IMG/VR virus record: IMGVR_UViG_3300037010_004533
Span: 1-62,148 of that record
Strand: one strand, 5' to 3'
DNA length: 62,148 nucleotides
Source of the DNA: a virus
Taxonomy: Duplodnaviria > Caudoviricetes
The notes beneath the pieces were generated by a model. It did no database searches. It was not told where the DNA came from and was given only the letters and a program-made list of their open reading frames with translations. The position numbers and the translations under genes were made by a program. Within the stretch, counting starts at the first letter, position 1, and each line of letters opens with the position of its first letter. Below, in pieces: positions 1 through 8,421 of the stretch.

Positions 1-951
1 TCATGCTCTCCTCCTCGTGAACCGATCCAGGTCATCAGCCAGCCCCTCGGCGAGGTGACCAGCTTGGTCCTGCCGGTGGTCGTCGTAAATCTGCGTCGTG
101 GCGATGCTCTTGTGGCCGGCGAACTTCTGCCCGGCCCTCATGTCGTTCGTCATGTCCAGGACGTGTGTGATGGCCGTGTGGCGCAGCCCGTGGGGCCACG
201 TCCGAACCCCGCAGGCGAGGCCAAGGCGGCGGACGACCATGTGGACGGCTCGCCCGGTGAGAGAGGCTTTGGCCTCGGCGCCGTCCAGGCGCACGAAGAG
301 GGGGCCGGCCGCTTCGCCCCGCCACTCGATCCAGTCCTCCAGGGCGGCGGCCGTAGCCCTGGGCAGGCTCAGGAGGGTCCGCTCGCTGTCGCCCTTTCGT
401 CGGATCCAGGCAGCCGGGCGGGCACCGCGTTCGATGTGCTTCAGCTCCAGGCCAGCCACCTCGCCCCGCCGGAGGCCCAGGTCGAAGAGGAGGCGAACGA
501 TGGCCCGGTCACGGGAGCCGAGCGGGCCCTTCTCCTTCGCGGCCTGCTCCAGGATGGCGGCGACGGCCTCCATGCCGGGGCCACGGGTGTCGCGGAGGGA
601 CTGGACGCGGGGCGCCTTGATCTCGATGCGCCAGGAGCACAGGCCCAGGATCCGGGCCTTGCCCACGAGCTGCTTGAGGCAAGCCAGCCGCCGGGCGCGG
701 GTCGCAGGGGACAGGCCCAGGGCCTCCTGGGCGTCCTGGAAGTGGAGCACCATGGCATTCCCGCGCAGGGGTCCGGCGGAGATGAGGGCTCGGGCGGCCA
801 CCTCGCTATCGGGGGCACCCAGCCAGAGGGCGAAGGCCTTCAGGTCGCGGCCGTAGTCCTCCCGGGTCTTCTCGGAGTGCTCAAGAAACAGGGCATCCAG
901 AAGCCGGGTGAAGTCGCCGCCTTGCGTCTCAAGGCCAAAGTGGGGTTCCAT
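1..951 (-). CDS. Tyrosine recombinase (XerC/D-like; probable plasmid-type resolvase)
   Basis: Catalytic motifs GLRRGE, HGLRHT and GHKSIATTQIY; N-terminal SAM-like domain. Confidence 0.9.
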   Translation of the reverse strand: MEPHFGLETQGGDFTRLLDALFLEHSEKTREDYGRDLKAFALWLGAPDSEVAARALISAGPLRGNAMVLHFQDAQEALGLSPATRARRLACLKQLVGKARILGLCSWRIEIKAPRVQSLRDTRGPGMEAVAAILEQAAKEKGPLGSRDRAIVRLLFDLGLRRGEVAGLELKHIERGARPAAWIRRKGDSERTLLSLPRATAAALEDWIEWRGEAAGPLFVRLDGAEAKASLTGRAVHMVVRRLGLACGVRTWPHGLRHTAITHVLDMTNDMRAGQKFAGHKSIATTQIYDDHRQDQAGHLAEGLADDLDRFTRRRA

Positions 952-1000
952 ACGCGAAAGTTTCGCCCTAAATGTACACGGTTTTCAACATCTTTCGCGG

Positions 1001-1040
1001 AAAAAGCGAAGGCCCCGGGTGGTGTCCCAGGGCCTTCGCT
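1001..1040 (-). terminator. Intrinsic terminator ending the tail/baseplate operon
   Basis: AGCGAAGGCCC...GGGCCTTCGCT stem followed by a T5 run on the minus strand, just after the tail fibre stop. Confidence 0.75.
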
Positions 1041-1076
1041 GTTCACGAATCATGAACAAGGGGGCAGGGTGAGCGC

Positions 1077-1979
1077 CTACCGGGTGGCGAGGATCATGTA
1101 GTTCGCGGAGCCCCAGCCGGTTCGATTGGCCCCGCCGCCGCCGGCCGTGATGACCACGCCGCAGGTGACGATCCGGTTCCCGTCATACCAGCAATACGGG
1201 GAGCGGTCGGTGGCCTCGGAGCCGGATCCATAGGTCGCGTCGTGCATCGAGACGATGATGCCGCGCACCTGATCGGCCGTCGCCACGGTGCCATCGGGGA
1301 ACTGCGGGAGGGGGATCTGGCCGCCGTGGGCGATGACACCGCACCGGATGGCGATCCGGTTGGGCAGGTTCAGGGCCGAGTCCAGGCCGGCCACGTCAGC
1401 GGTCGCGTGGCTGTGGCCCACGTTGCTCTTGCCCTGCAAGGTGACGACGAGCCCGGCGATCTGGTCCTGGCTGTGGCCGTGGGAGGAGGGAGCCTTGGAG
1501 TCGAGCGCGGCCTGGAGCCCGGTCACGTCGGCGATACCGTGGCCGTGGCCGTTCAGGCTGCGGGCGGCCAGGGCGTCGGAGAGCCCCGTCACCTGCCCGA
1601 TCCCGTGGATGTGGGAGATGGCCGCCTTGCTGTCCAGGGCGGACTGGAGGCCGGTGGTGTCGGCGATCTGGTGCTGGTGGCTGTAGGGGGCCTTCGCGTC
1701 GAGGGCAGCCTGGAGGCCAGTCGTGTCTCCGATCCCGTGGGCGTGCCCGAGCATGGAACGGTTGGCGAGGGCGTCCGCGAGCCCGGTCACGTCCGAGATG
1801 CCGTGGCTGTGGCCGAGCAAGGACCGCTTCTCCACCTCGGCCTTCAGGTAGCCCGTCCGGTTGGCGAGCTGGGTGAGCGCCCGGTTATCCGGGCCAGCGT
1901 CGCCGCCCAGCACGAAGTCCGAGGTTTCGAGCTGGGTGATGCTGGCGGCCCAGGTGGCGGTTTCGGTGATCGCGGTCAT
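1077..1979 (-). CDS. Tail fibre protein with seven ~22-aa HxH repeats
   Basis: N-terminal QLETSDFVLGG...QLANRTGYLK baseplate-attachment motif; repeats of HxHxIxDVTGLxxAL; follows gpI. Confidence 0.85.
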   Translation of the reverse strand: MTAITETATWAASITQLETSDFVLGGDAGPDNRALTQLANRTGYLKAEVEKRSLLGHSHGISDVTGLADALANRSMLGHAHGIGDTTGLQAALDAKAPYSHQHQIADTTGLQSALDSKAAISHIHGIGQVTGLSDALAARSLNGHGHGIADVTGLQAALDSKAPSSHGHSQDQIAGLVVTLQGKSNVGHSHATADVAGLDSALNLPNRIAIRCGVIAHGGQIPLPQFPDGTVATADQVRGIIVSMHDATYGSGSEATDRSPYCWYDGNRIVTCGVVITAGGGGANRTGWGSANYMILATR

Positions 1980-1989
1980 GAGGTGCTCC

Positions 1990-2802
1990 TTACACGATGT
2001 TCAGGGTCCAAACCACGTCCAGGCTCACGGCCGAGGTCTTGGTCACGGTGGGGGCGGAGGCCGCAGCAATCAGCGTGTCGGCGGCCGTGTGGATCGAGTA
2101 GGCGTCGATGTCCAGGCCGTTCGCCTGTCCCGTCGTCACCTTGAAGTGGATGATCTTCTGTGTCTGGAGGTGCTGTATGTCCGCGATGGGGATGAGCACC
2201 GAGGGCGTCGTGTGGCCGACCTTCAAGTGGTCGATGGTGTCCAGGACCAAGCCCTCGTATTTGATCGCGCCGTCGTGGTGATAGGTCCCATCGTGGCGCG
2301 GACCCTTGCCGGAGACGCTCGACTCGAAGGTGACGCCCAGCTCGATGCTGTCCAGGATGCAGCGGGCCGGCTTCCACGCCTCAATGGTGGGCAGGAGCAG
2401 GGCGAGGTCTGCGTCCGTCATCGGCTTGCCGCAGAGGGGCTGCGTCACCTTGAAGGACGCCCAGGTGCTCGTGCGCTCCTGGATGACGAGGCCGGGCCAG
2501 CCGACCACCTCCAGGGCTCGCTTCAGGGCCCAGGGGGTGCCCCGGAGCTTCTGGAGGGCGATGGCGTTCTGGACCAGCCGGCGCCGGGCGGCCGGCGTCG
2601 CAGCGAGCACCCATTCCATGTCGTAGACGCCGAGCTGCCGAGCCAGGAAGGGGAGCGCCCCCTCCTGGCACACGGTCGGGTCGTAGAGCTGATCCAGGGC
2701 CGACATCGGCACGTCGTCGAGCCGGTCGATGACCGAGGCGAGGCCCACGTTCCGTTCGTCGAGGATTCCCCGAGGGATCAGCGAGGCGGTGACGCTATCC
2801 AT
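1990..2802 (-). CDS. Phage tail/baseplate protein I (P2 gpI-like)
   Basis: ALPFLARQLGV...RRLVQNAIALQKLRGTPWALKRAL and WKPARC motifs; lies after gpJ. Confidence 0.85.
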   Translation of the reverse strand: MDSVTASLIPRGILDERNVGLASVIDRLDDVPMSALDQLYDPTVCQEGALPFLARQLGVYDMEWVLAATPAARRRLVQNAIALQKLRGTPWALKRALEVVGWPGLVIQERTSTWASFKVTQPLCGKPMTDADLALLLPTIEAWKPARCILDSIELGVTFESSVSGKGPRHDGTYHHDGAIKYEGLVLDTIDHLKVGHTTPSVLIPIADIQHLQTQKIIHFKVTTGQANGLDIDAYSIHTAADTLIAAASAPTVTKTSAVSLDVVWTLNIV

Positions 2803-3895
2803 TCTGGCTCCCGGAGAAGTGGATGGACACGGTGCCGTCCGCCCAGGCGTTCGAGGCCAGCACCCGGTCGGTCCAGTTCAAGAGCTGGACGCTGTAGACG
2901 CCCTCGACCGACAGCGCCTTGATGGCCTGGGAGCCAACGAGGTCCCGGCCCAGACCGGCAGCGCGGTCCTTGCAGTAGGCCAGGGCGGCGGCGTTCACGG
3001 CGTCCAGCACCTTGTCGGTCAGGGCGCTCGCATAGGTCGTGACGTTCGCCTCCAGGGTGTAGGCCACGCGGGTCGGGTCGCTCACGTCCACGATGTCGCA
3101 GAGGGGGCGCACCGTCTCGGCGGACAGGGCGTCCGTCACAGCGTTCTTGACCGCCGTGGAGGGCAGACCATCATCGCAGAGCGGGTAGACGCCGACCATG
3201 CCCGACCCCAGGTTGAGCACGGCCACGTCGATGATCGAGCTGTGGGCGCTCATCGCGTGGAACTTGTAGGCGCCCTCGGAGCCGGCCACGGAGAACCCGA
3301 AGGGGGCCAGGAGGATCCGACCCCGGAGCTGGTCATCCGTCTCGGCGTCGGACCCGCCGCTGGAAATGCTGGCGGACGTGATCGTGGCCGTGCCGGACAG
3401 GGGGGAGAAGGAAGACCCGCTCGGGATCCCGTTGCCCACGTCGCCAGGGACGAGAGCCTGGGCCATAACGGCGGCCGAGAGCTGGCCGGCGGGGATCACC
3501 ACGTCAGCGGTGGTCTGCCAGATCGAGCCGTTCTGCGCGGCAGCCCGGAAGCCCTTGGCGAAGGTCGTGGCGACGGTATCGACCGTCTGGAGGGTGATCG
3601 TCCAGGTGGTCGAGGCGGCCACGGCGGGAAGCCGGCCGTTCACGCCCACGAGGCGGCCCAGGGCCTCGAGGCGGTCGCCGTTAGCGAAGTCCACGAGGTT
3701 CTGCTCGGCGCTCCGCTGGATAGCCTGCCGGACGAGGCTCTCTCGGTAGGCGAGGAAGTCCACCAGCAGGCGCTCGATCTGCGCCGGGTAGAGGGTCTTC
3801 CCGGTCACGGTCTGGTAGAGCTGGACGAGCTGCTCGACCAGGAGGCCGGGGCTCGTCTCAACGAAGGCGGGAGGGGTCAGGGTATTCACGCTCAT
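2795..3895 (-). CDS. Baseplate J-like protein
   Basis: GGSDAETDDQLRGRILLAPFGFSVAGSEGAYKFHA motif; VRPLCD motif. Confidence 0.92.
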   Translation of the reverse strand: MSVNTLTPPAFVETSPGLLVEQLVQLYQTVTGKTLYPAQIERLLVDFLAYRESLVRQAIQRSAEQNLVDFANGDRLEALGRLVGVNGRLPAVAASTTWTITLQTVDTVATTFAKGFRAAAQNGSIWQTTADVVIPAGQLSAAVMAQALVPGDVGNGIPSGSSFSPLSGTATITSASISSGGSDAETDDQLRGRILLAPFGFSVAGSEGAYKFHAMSAHSSIIDVAVLNLGSGMVGVYPLCDDGLPSTAVKNAVTDALSAETVRPLCDIVDVSDPTRVAYTLEANVTTYASALTDKVLDAVNAAALAYCKDRAAGLGRDLVGSQAIKALSVEGVYSVQLLNWTDRVLASNAWADGTVSIHFSGSQNG

Positions 3896-3907
3896 GTGAG
3901 GTCCTCA

Positions 3908-5332
3908 CTACTCAGGGGATCCAGCGTTGGAAGAGGTTGCGAGGTCGTTCATGTTGGCCGACAGCCCGGCCCAGGCGAGCCCCACGATGGTCACGAGTGG
4001 GAAGGGGATGGTTTGGGCCTCGCGGTAGGGGGAGCCCATGACCTTCTCCCAGCGGGGGCCGGCCAGCTTGCCGGCAAGGCAGTCTTCGAGGAGCTGGACC
4101 TTGAACAAGGCGAACATGAGGGCACAGGTGTCCTCCCCGCTGTCCCGCTTGATCGGGCATCCCCCGGCGCAATGCCAGCGGGCGGGGCAGGCAGCGCAAC
4201 GCTCCTGCGAGAAGACCGTGGCCGATTCGCGCAGCGCGAGGACCTTCTCCTGGTCAATGCGGAACTCCTTCCGCACCGGGTCGAAGAATCCGAAGATATA
4301 CCCGGCCGTGTAGTCGGTTTGGTCCAGCCTGGACGCCCTGGTGCAGGCCGTGATGAGGCCGGTGGGCGTGAAGCTCACGCTGGGCAGGAAGGTGGCGCAG
4401 AAGGCATTCCGGAACTGGATGCCCCCGAACCATCCGGAGGACCGCAGGGCGATCCCGTGCTCCTTCGCCACGGCCACGGCCTCAAGGAACGGCGCGACGA
4501 AGGCCTCATCGCTCGCGGATTCGTCCGTCCGTCCGCACCGGCCCACGGCCTCGAGCATCAGGTATCTGGTGGAGGGGGAATAGAGGGCCACGTCCCGCAC
4601 CATTTCGGGCATTCGGTGGGCCGCCTCCCCGGTGATGGTGGACCGGATGGTCGGGATGATGCCGGCCTCCTCCAGCATCCGCAGGCCGGCGCGGACGGCC
4701 GGGAGGGAGCTGGAGCCGTCCGCGTGGGGTCGGGTGTCCTCTCCAGGGTCATAGCTCACCTGGACGCTCATCCCGAGGCCGGCGAGGCGCCGGGCGCTCT
4801 CCGGAGTCAGGAGTGTCCCGTTGGTGACGAGACTCAGCCTGATCTCGGGGCACGACGCCCGCAGCCGATCACAGGCCGCGAAGAGCATGCCGGCGGCCAC
4901 CATGCTTTCCCCGTCCCCCATGAAGGTGACGGCGCATTTCCCGTGGCGCTGATAGGCCGCCTCGATGTGGCGCAAGATCCGGTCCAGGACCTCGGGCCTC
5001 ATGACAGCGGAGTGGTCCCCGCCGTCCGCGTAGCAGTAGGAGCATCGAAGATTGCAGGCGCTTGTGAGGCCGATACTGAAGCCAGAGCGGTCCTCGATGT
5101 CGAAGGGGGCTTGGCTGGGCTCCTCGGGGAAGGGGATGGTGGCGGGGCGGAAGAAGCCCTCGGCCGAGAGCGCAGCGCGGCATGCCTCGGGGTCCGCCGC
5201 CTCCTCCGGAGTCAGGAGCCGGGCCATGCTCAAGAGGGGCGCGAAGGCGATAACGCGCTCGGGGTCGTCCACCTGAACCAGGAAAACATTGTCACCGATT
5301 TGGGAAAAACCGCTTGGAATGTGCGTCATCAT
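3908..5332 (-). CDS. Radical SAM protein with C-terminal SPASM domain (putative peptide/protein maturase)
   Basis: CNLRCSYC (CxxxCxxC); FMGDGE and VTNGTLL motifs; 7-Cys SPASM pattern C-x12-G-x4-C ... CAAC-x5-C-x3-C ... C; ~80-aa N-terminal extension. Confidence 0.93.
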   Translation of the reverse strand: MMTHIPSGFSQIGDNVFLVQVDDPERVIAFAPLLSMARLLTPEEAADPEACRAALSAEGFFRPATIPFPEEPSQAPFDIEDRSGFSIGLTSACNLRCSYCYADGGDHSAVMRPEVLDRILRHIEAAYQRHGKCAVTFMGDGESMVAAGMLFAACDRLRASCPEIRLSLVTNGTLLTPESARRLAGLGMSVQVSYDPGEDTRPHADGSSSLPAVRAGLRMLEEAGIIPTIRSTITGEAAHRMPEMVRDVALYSPSTRYLMLEAVGRCGRTDESASDEAFVAPFLEAVAVAKEHGIALRSSGWFGGIQFRNAFCATFLPSVSFTPTGLITACTRASRLDQTDYTAGYIFGFFDPVRKEFRIDQEKVLALRESATVFSQERCAACPARWHCAGGCPIKRDSGEDTCALMFALFKVQLLEDCLAGKLAGPRWEKVMGSPYREAQTIPFPLVTIVGLAWAGLSANMNDLATSSNAGSPE

Positions 5333-5334
5333 GC

Positions 5335-5835
5335 CTACCTGTCAGATGATCCACAGTGGACTTCACACGACCAAGACGTGTATACGTAGCAAGTGCAGAC
5401 CTGGTTGCAGGTGCAGACCTGATTGCAGGTGCATTGCTGGTTGCAGGTGCAGACCTGATTACAGGTGCATTGCTGGTCGCAAGTGCAGACCTGATTACAG
5501 GTGCATTGGTTATCGCAGGCGCATACGGACTGGCATCCACAGACGGAAGCGCCACGGAACCAACAACCATTGGCGCCGTCCTGGGCGTAGGCGGCGGCGG
5601 CGGTCACGGTGGGGACACCGTAGGCGCCCGAAGTGCTGTTGAAGAAGGTGGAGCTGTTGACCGTCTTGGGCGCCTCGGCGGCTGGCGGCACATGGTCCTT
5701 GACCTCGACCATGTAGGGGGATGCCATGGTCGTCACCGGGCTCGGCCGCGTGATGGTCCAGGTGGGATTGCCCCAGGACTGGGCCCACGCGGGATTCCCC
5801 CAAGACTGCCCCATGGTGGTGGAGTAGGTGCTCAT
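5335..5835 (-). CDS. Cys-rich repeat protein, putative radical SAM substrate
   Basis: 166 aa with nine tandem CxCxxx units (mostly CTCNQV), 21 Cys, and two N-terminal QSWGNP repeats; 2-nt gaps to both neighbouring genes. Confidence 0.85.
   Translation of the reverse strand: MSTYSTTMGQSWGNPAWAQSWGNPTWTITRPSPVTTMASPYMVEVKDHVPPAAEAPKTVNSSTFFNSTSGAYGVPTVTAAAAYAQDGANGCWFRGASVCGCQSVCACDNQCTCNQVCTCDQQCTCNQVCTCNQQCTCNQVCTCNQVCTCYVYTSWSCEVHCGSSDR
5389..5541. repeat. 18-bp tandem repeat (~8.5 units) encoding the CxCxxx hexapeptide
   Basis: Units resembling GCAGGTGCAGACCTGATT, with synonymous variation. Confidence 0.9.
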
Positions 5836-5837
5836 GC

Positions 5838-6914
5838 CTACACCTGGACCATCTTGAGGTTGCCGCCGTCCACGTAGAGCTTGTAGCAGTTCCCATTGGT
5901 CAGGTCCTTCAGCACGATCCCGGTCCCGGCGCCCGTAGACTCGAAGCTGTCGGCGGTCATCTTCCCGGTGGTGGTGAAGGCGCCGGTCATGCCGGTGTCA
6001 CCGGCCCGGTTGACGGGGGTGTAGCCGAGCGCGGCCTGCTTGCCGTTGAAGGTGGCCCAGTCGGCGGCCGAGAGGAGGCCGGTCTGCATGTTGCTGGCGA
6101 TGAGCTTGCCGGTGATCTTGGTCCAGGCGATGCCGGTCAGGTCTGTATCGTCGTGGGAGTGGGCGCTGGGGGAGAAGGTGGAGGGCTTGCCAGTGACCTC
6201 GCTCCAGGCCACGAAGCCCCAGGCCGAAGAATTGGCCGTGGCCCCGGCCTTCAGGACGGCGCCGTCGTTCGTGGTCCCGGTGGCAGGGACATGACTGAGG
6301 CCGTCGCCGGAGGGGTGGACGTAGGGCGCGGCCACGGAGATCGTGCCGTCAGCCTGGATGGTGATGTTCGCCCCGATCTTGACGCCGCCCAGCGTAGAGC
6401 CGGTGGCGGCCGGCAGAACGTAGGCGTAGGAGACGAAGAGGGAGCCCTGCGCGTCGATGCTGAGGCCGGAGCCCACCTTCACGCCGCCGAGGGTGCTGGC
6501 CGAGGCCACGGGCGGGGGGAAGGTGCTCGGAACGCTGTCGAGCTGGCTCCAGGGGTGCCGGTGGCTGATCGGGGCGAAGGCGGCCGTGAAGTCGTGGGTG
6601 TGCCCGACGTTGCTCTTGGAATCCAGGGCCGACTGGAGGCCCGTCACGTCGCTGATGGGGTGGCCGTGGGCCGTGGCCGGATAGCTCGCGGGCTTGCCGG
6701 TGATCTTGTCCCAGCCGATAGCCTGGAGGTCGGAGTCGGGGTGGGTATGGGCCTTGCCGACCACGAGGCGGGGGATGCCGTCACGGTCGCCGATGGCGAG
6801 CTGGGGGTTCAGGGGGTCGTCCCACACGGCGGCAGGCTCTCCAGGGCGGAGGGCAACGGCCAGGAGACGGGCCCACAGGCCGCGCTTCAGGCGGAGGTCA
6901 CGAAGGACGCTCAT
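5838..6914 (-). CDS. Second tail-fibre/spike-like protein
   Basis: N-terminus (LKRG..W....L.PGE...IGD) resembles the Mtd-type N-terminal domain; HxH...W..ITGKP repeats; two TLGGVK(V/I)G repeats. Confidence 0.75.
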   Translation of the reverse strand: MSVLRDLRLKRGLWARLLAVALRPGEPAAVWDDPLNPQLAIGDRDGIPRLVVGKAHTHPDSDLQAIGWDKITGKPASYPATAHGHPISDVTGLQSALDSKSNVGHTHDFTAAFAPISHRHPWSQLDSVPSTFPPPVASASTLGGVKVGSGLSIDAQGSLFVSYAYVLPAATGSTLGGVKIGANITIQADGTISVAAPYVHPSGDGLSHVPATGTTNDGAVLKAGATANSSAWGFVAWSEVTGKPSTFSPSAHSHDDTDLTGIAWTKITGKLIASNMQTGLLSAADWATFNGKQAALGYTPVNRAGDTGMTGAFTTTGKMTADSFESTGAGTGIVLKDLTNGNCYKLYVDGGNLKMVQV

Positions 6915-7093
6915 ACGATCTCACCTCCGTCGATGAGGGTGGGGATGTCCACCTGGGCCTGCCTCGTAACGACCTGGGGCAGATTCTTGATCTGGACCAG
7001 GGAGGCCGCATCAAGGGGGGCCACGCCGCCGGGGACGCCGAGCTGGCTGGTGGGGATGTAGTCGGTGCTGGTGCTGGTGCCGGTTTCGCTCAC
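6911..7093 (-). CDS. Small virion protein paralogous to the C-terminal extension of gpW
   Basis: GVPGGVAPLD...NLP...IDGGEIV matches gpW tail GAPGGAAPLD...NLP...ADGGEIK; 4-nt overlaps on both sides. Confidence 0.7.
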   Translation of the reverse strand: MSETGTSTSTDYIPTSQLGVPGGVAPLDAASLVQIKNLPQVVTRQAQVDIPTLIDGGEIV

Positions 7094-7599
7094 TTGATCT
7101 CGCCTCCATCTGCCGACGCAGGAACGTCGATGGTCTTGCCCGCCAGAACCACGCCCGGAAGGTTCGTCGTGGGGATGATTCCGCTCTCGTCGAGCGGCGC
7201 AGCTCCACCAGGGGCGCCTTCCATGTCGGTCGTCAGGTAGACCAGCTCGGTGGACTGCTTCGTGCCGTCCGTGGTGCCCTTCGGATACCAGTAGACGCGG
7301 AGCGTTGATGCGCCATAGGTTGAAGAATCCACTTCGACGCTGGACACCTTGACCCGGGGCTCCCAGGTTTCGATGGCGTCGGTGACGAGCCGGACGATCT
7401 TGGCGGTCATGCCCACCTGCGGGTTATCCACAAGCCCAAGCAAGTCGCAGCCGAACTCCGGGCGATGGGGGATGGTTCCCTTGGGGGTGCTCAGGATGAT
7501 CTTGATGGCCTGCGAAAGCTCGTCGATGCCGGTGACAACGGCACCAGACACGCCGAGCGCAGGCTGCCAGTAGGGGACTGCCGGGAGGTCGTAGGCCAT
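7090..7599 (-). CDS. Baseplate wedge protein GPW/gp25 family, with C-terminal extension
   Basis: IILSTPKGTIPHRPEFGCDL...AIETWEPRV signature. Confidence 0.92.
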   Translation of the reverse strand: MAYDLPAVPYWQPALGVSGAVVTGIDELSQAIKIILSTPKGTIPHRPEFGCDLLGLVDNPQVGMTAKIVRLVTDAIETWEPRVKVSSVEVDSSTYGASTLRVYWYPKGTTDGTKQSTELVYLTTDMEGAPGGAAPLDESGIIPTTNLPGVVLAGKTIDVPASADGGEIK

Positions 7600-7630
7600 G
7601 TTTCCAGCGTGGAAGAGGGGCCCAGGGTTC

Positions 7631-7652
7631 TCTATTTGCCCTGGTGAAAACG
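7631..7652 (-). promoter_or_regulatory. Late-promoter box upstream of the gpW-fibre-Cys-rSAM-J-I operon
   Basis: TTTTCACCAGGGCAAATAGA, with a -10-like CACGCT 23 nt after GGGCAAA; one of five copies. Confidence 0.7.
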
Positions 7653-7679
7653 AAAGGCCCGGGAGCGGATCCGGGCCTC
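7652..7679 (-). terminator. Putative terminator after gpV
   Basis: AGGCCCGG stem followed by TTTCGTTTT on the minus strand. Confidence 0.6.
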
Positions 7680-7701
7680 GTGACGTGCGGAGTGGTGCGC
7701 C

Positions 7702-8421
7702 CTAATTCGGGACGGTGGTGACGGCGTTGCTCCCCTGGGCCGTGTGGGTGTGGGCGTTGAAGCTCCGGCCAACGGAGAGCAGGTCGGTGTCGCTCTTGAT
7801 GGTCCCCTGGACGCGGAGCTTGCCGGGAACCGAGCCGTTCGAGTCGAGGGCTTCGTTCCCTACACCGATCCCCCCATTGGCGAGCAGGGGCCCGTCTACC
7901 TGGAGCAGGCCCGAGACGCGGGTGATCGGGGCCTTGAGGTCCACACGACCGGAGGCCTGGACCTGGGCTGTGGCACAGGTGGCGTTGATGTGGCCCGTGG
8001 CGGTGGCGTCGATGTTCTGCCCGGCGGTGGCCGTGATGGAGCGCCCGGCGTGAACCGTCACATCCCCGGGGGTGTCGATGAGCACGGTGGAGGCCGTGGG
8101 GTCCACCTTGATCTTCGTGCCGTCCTCAGTCTCCACGTAGAACAGCTTCGGGTCGGAGACGGGGGCGGGATCTGGGGTCGAATATAGGGCGCCGAGAACG
8201 ATTCCGTCCTCGCCGTTCTCGTCCAGGAGGACGACCACCTGGCTACTCACCCTGGGGAGCCAGTAGACCTTGGCGCCGAGGGCGAAGGGGACGGCCATCG
8301 GGAGCCAGTCTGTGATGATGTTGTCCTCGTCGGGGAGCCGGACGCGGAGCTTGGCCTTGGCCCCGTCTACCGCGATGACGATGCCGCGCCTCCAGGCGGG
8401 CTTGGGTTCAGCTTGCGACAT
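7702..8421 (-). CDS. Baseplate spike protein V
   Basis: OB-fold N-terminus (TDWLP...WLPRVSSQVVVL...GIVLGALYS); C-terminal HTH (HxH) metal-binding tip. Confidence 0.9.
   Translation of the reverse strand: MSQAEPKPAWRRGIVIAVDGAKAKLRVRLPDEDNIITDWLPMAVPFALGAKVYWLPRVSSQVVVLLDENGEDGIVLGALYSTPDPAPVSDPKLFYVETEDGTKIKVDPTASTVLIDTPGDVTVHAGRSITATAGQNIDATATGHINATCATAQVQASGRVDLKAPITRVSGLLQVDGPLLANGGIGVGNEALDSNGSVPGKLRVQGTIKSDTDLLSVGRSFNAHTHTAQGSNAVTTVPN

Noticed and set aside
1-1979. Recombinase next to the tail fibre as an invertase/shufflon
   Set aside because: No inverted alternative fibre ends or flanking inverted recombination sites seen; a terminator separates the genes. A resolvase role is more parsimonious.
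5389-5541. 18-bp repeats as a CRISPR array or DGR template/variable repeat
   Set aside because: No spacers; repeats are in frame with largely synonymous variation; no reverse transcriptase or cas operon in the window.
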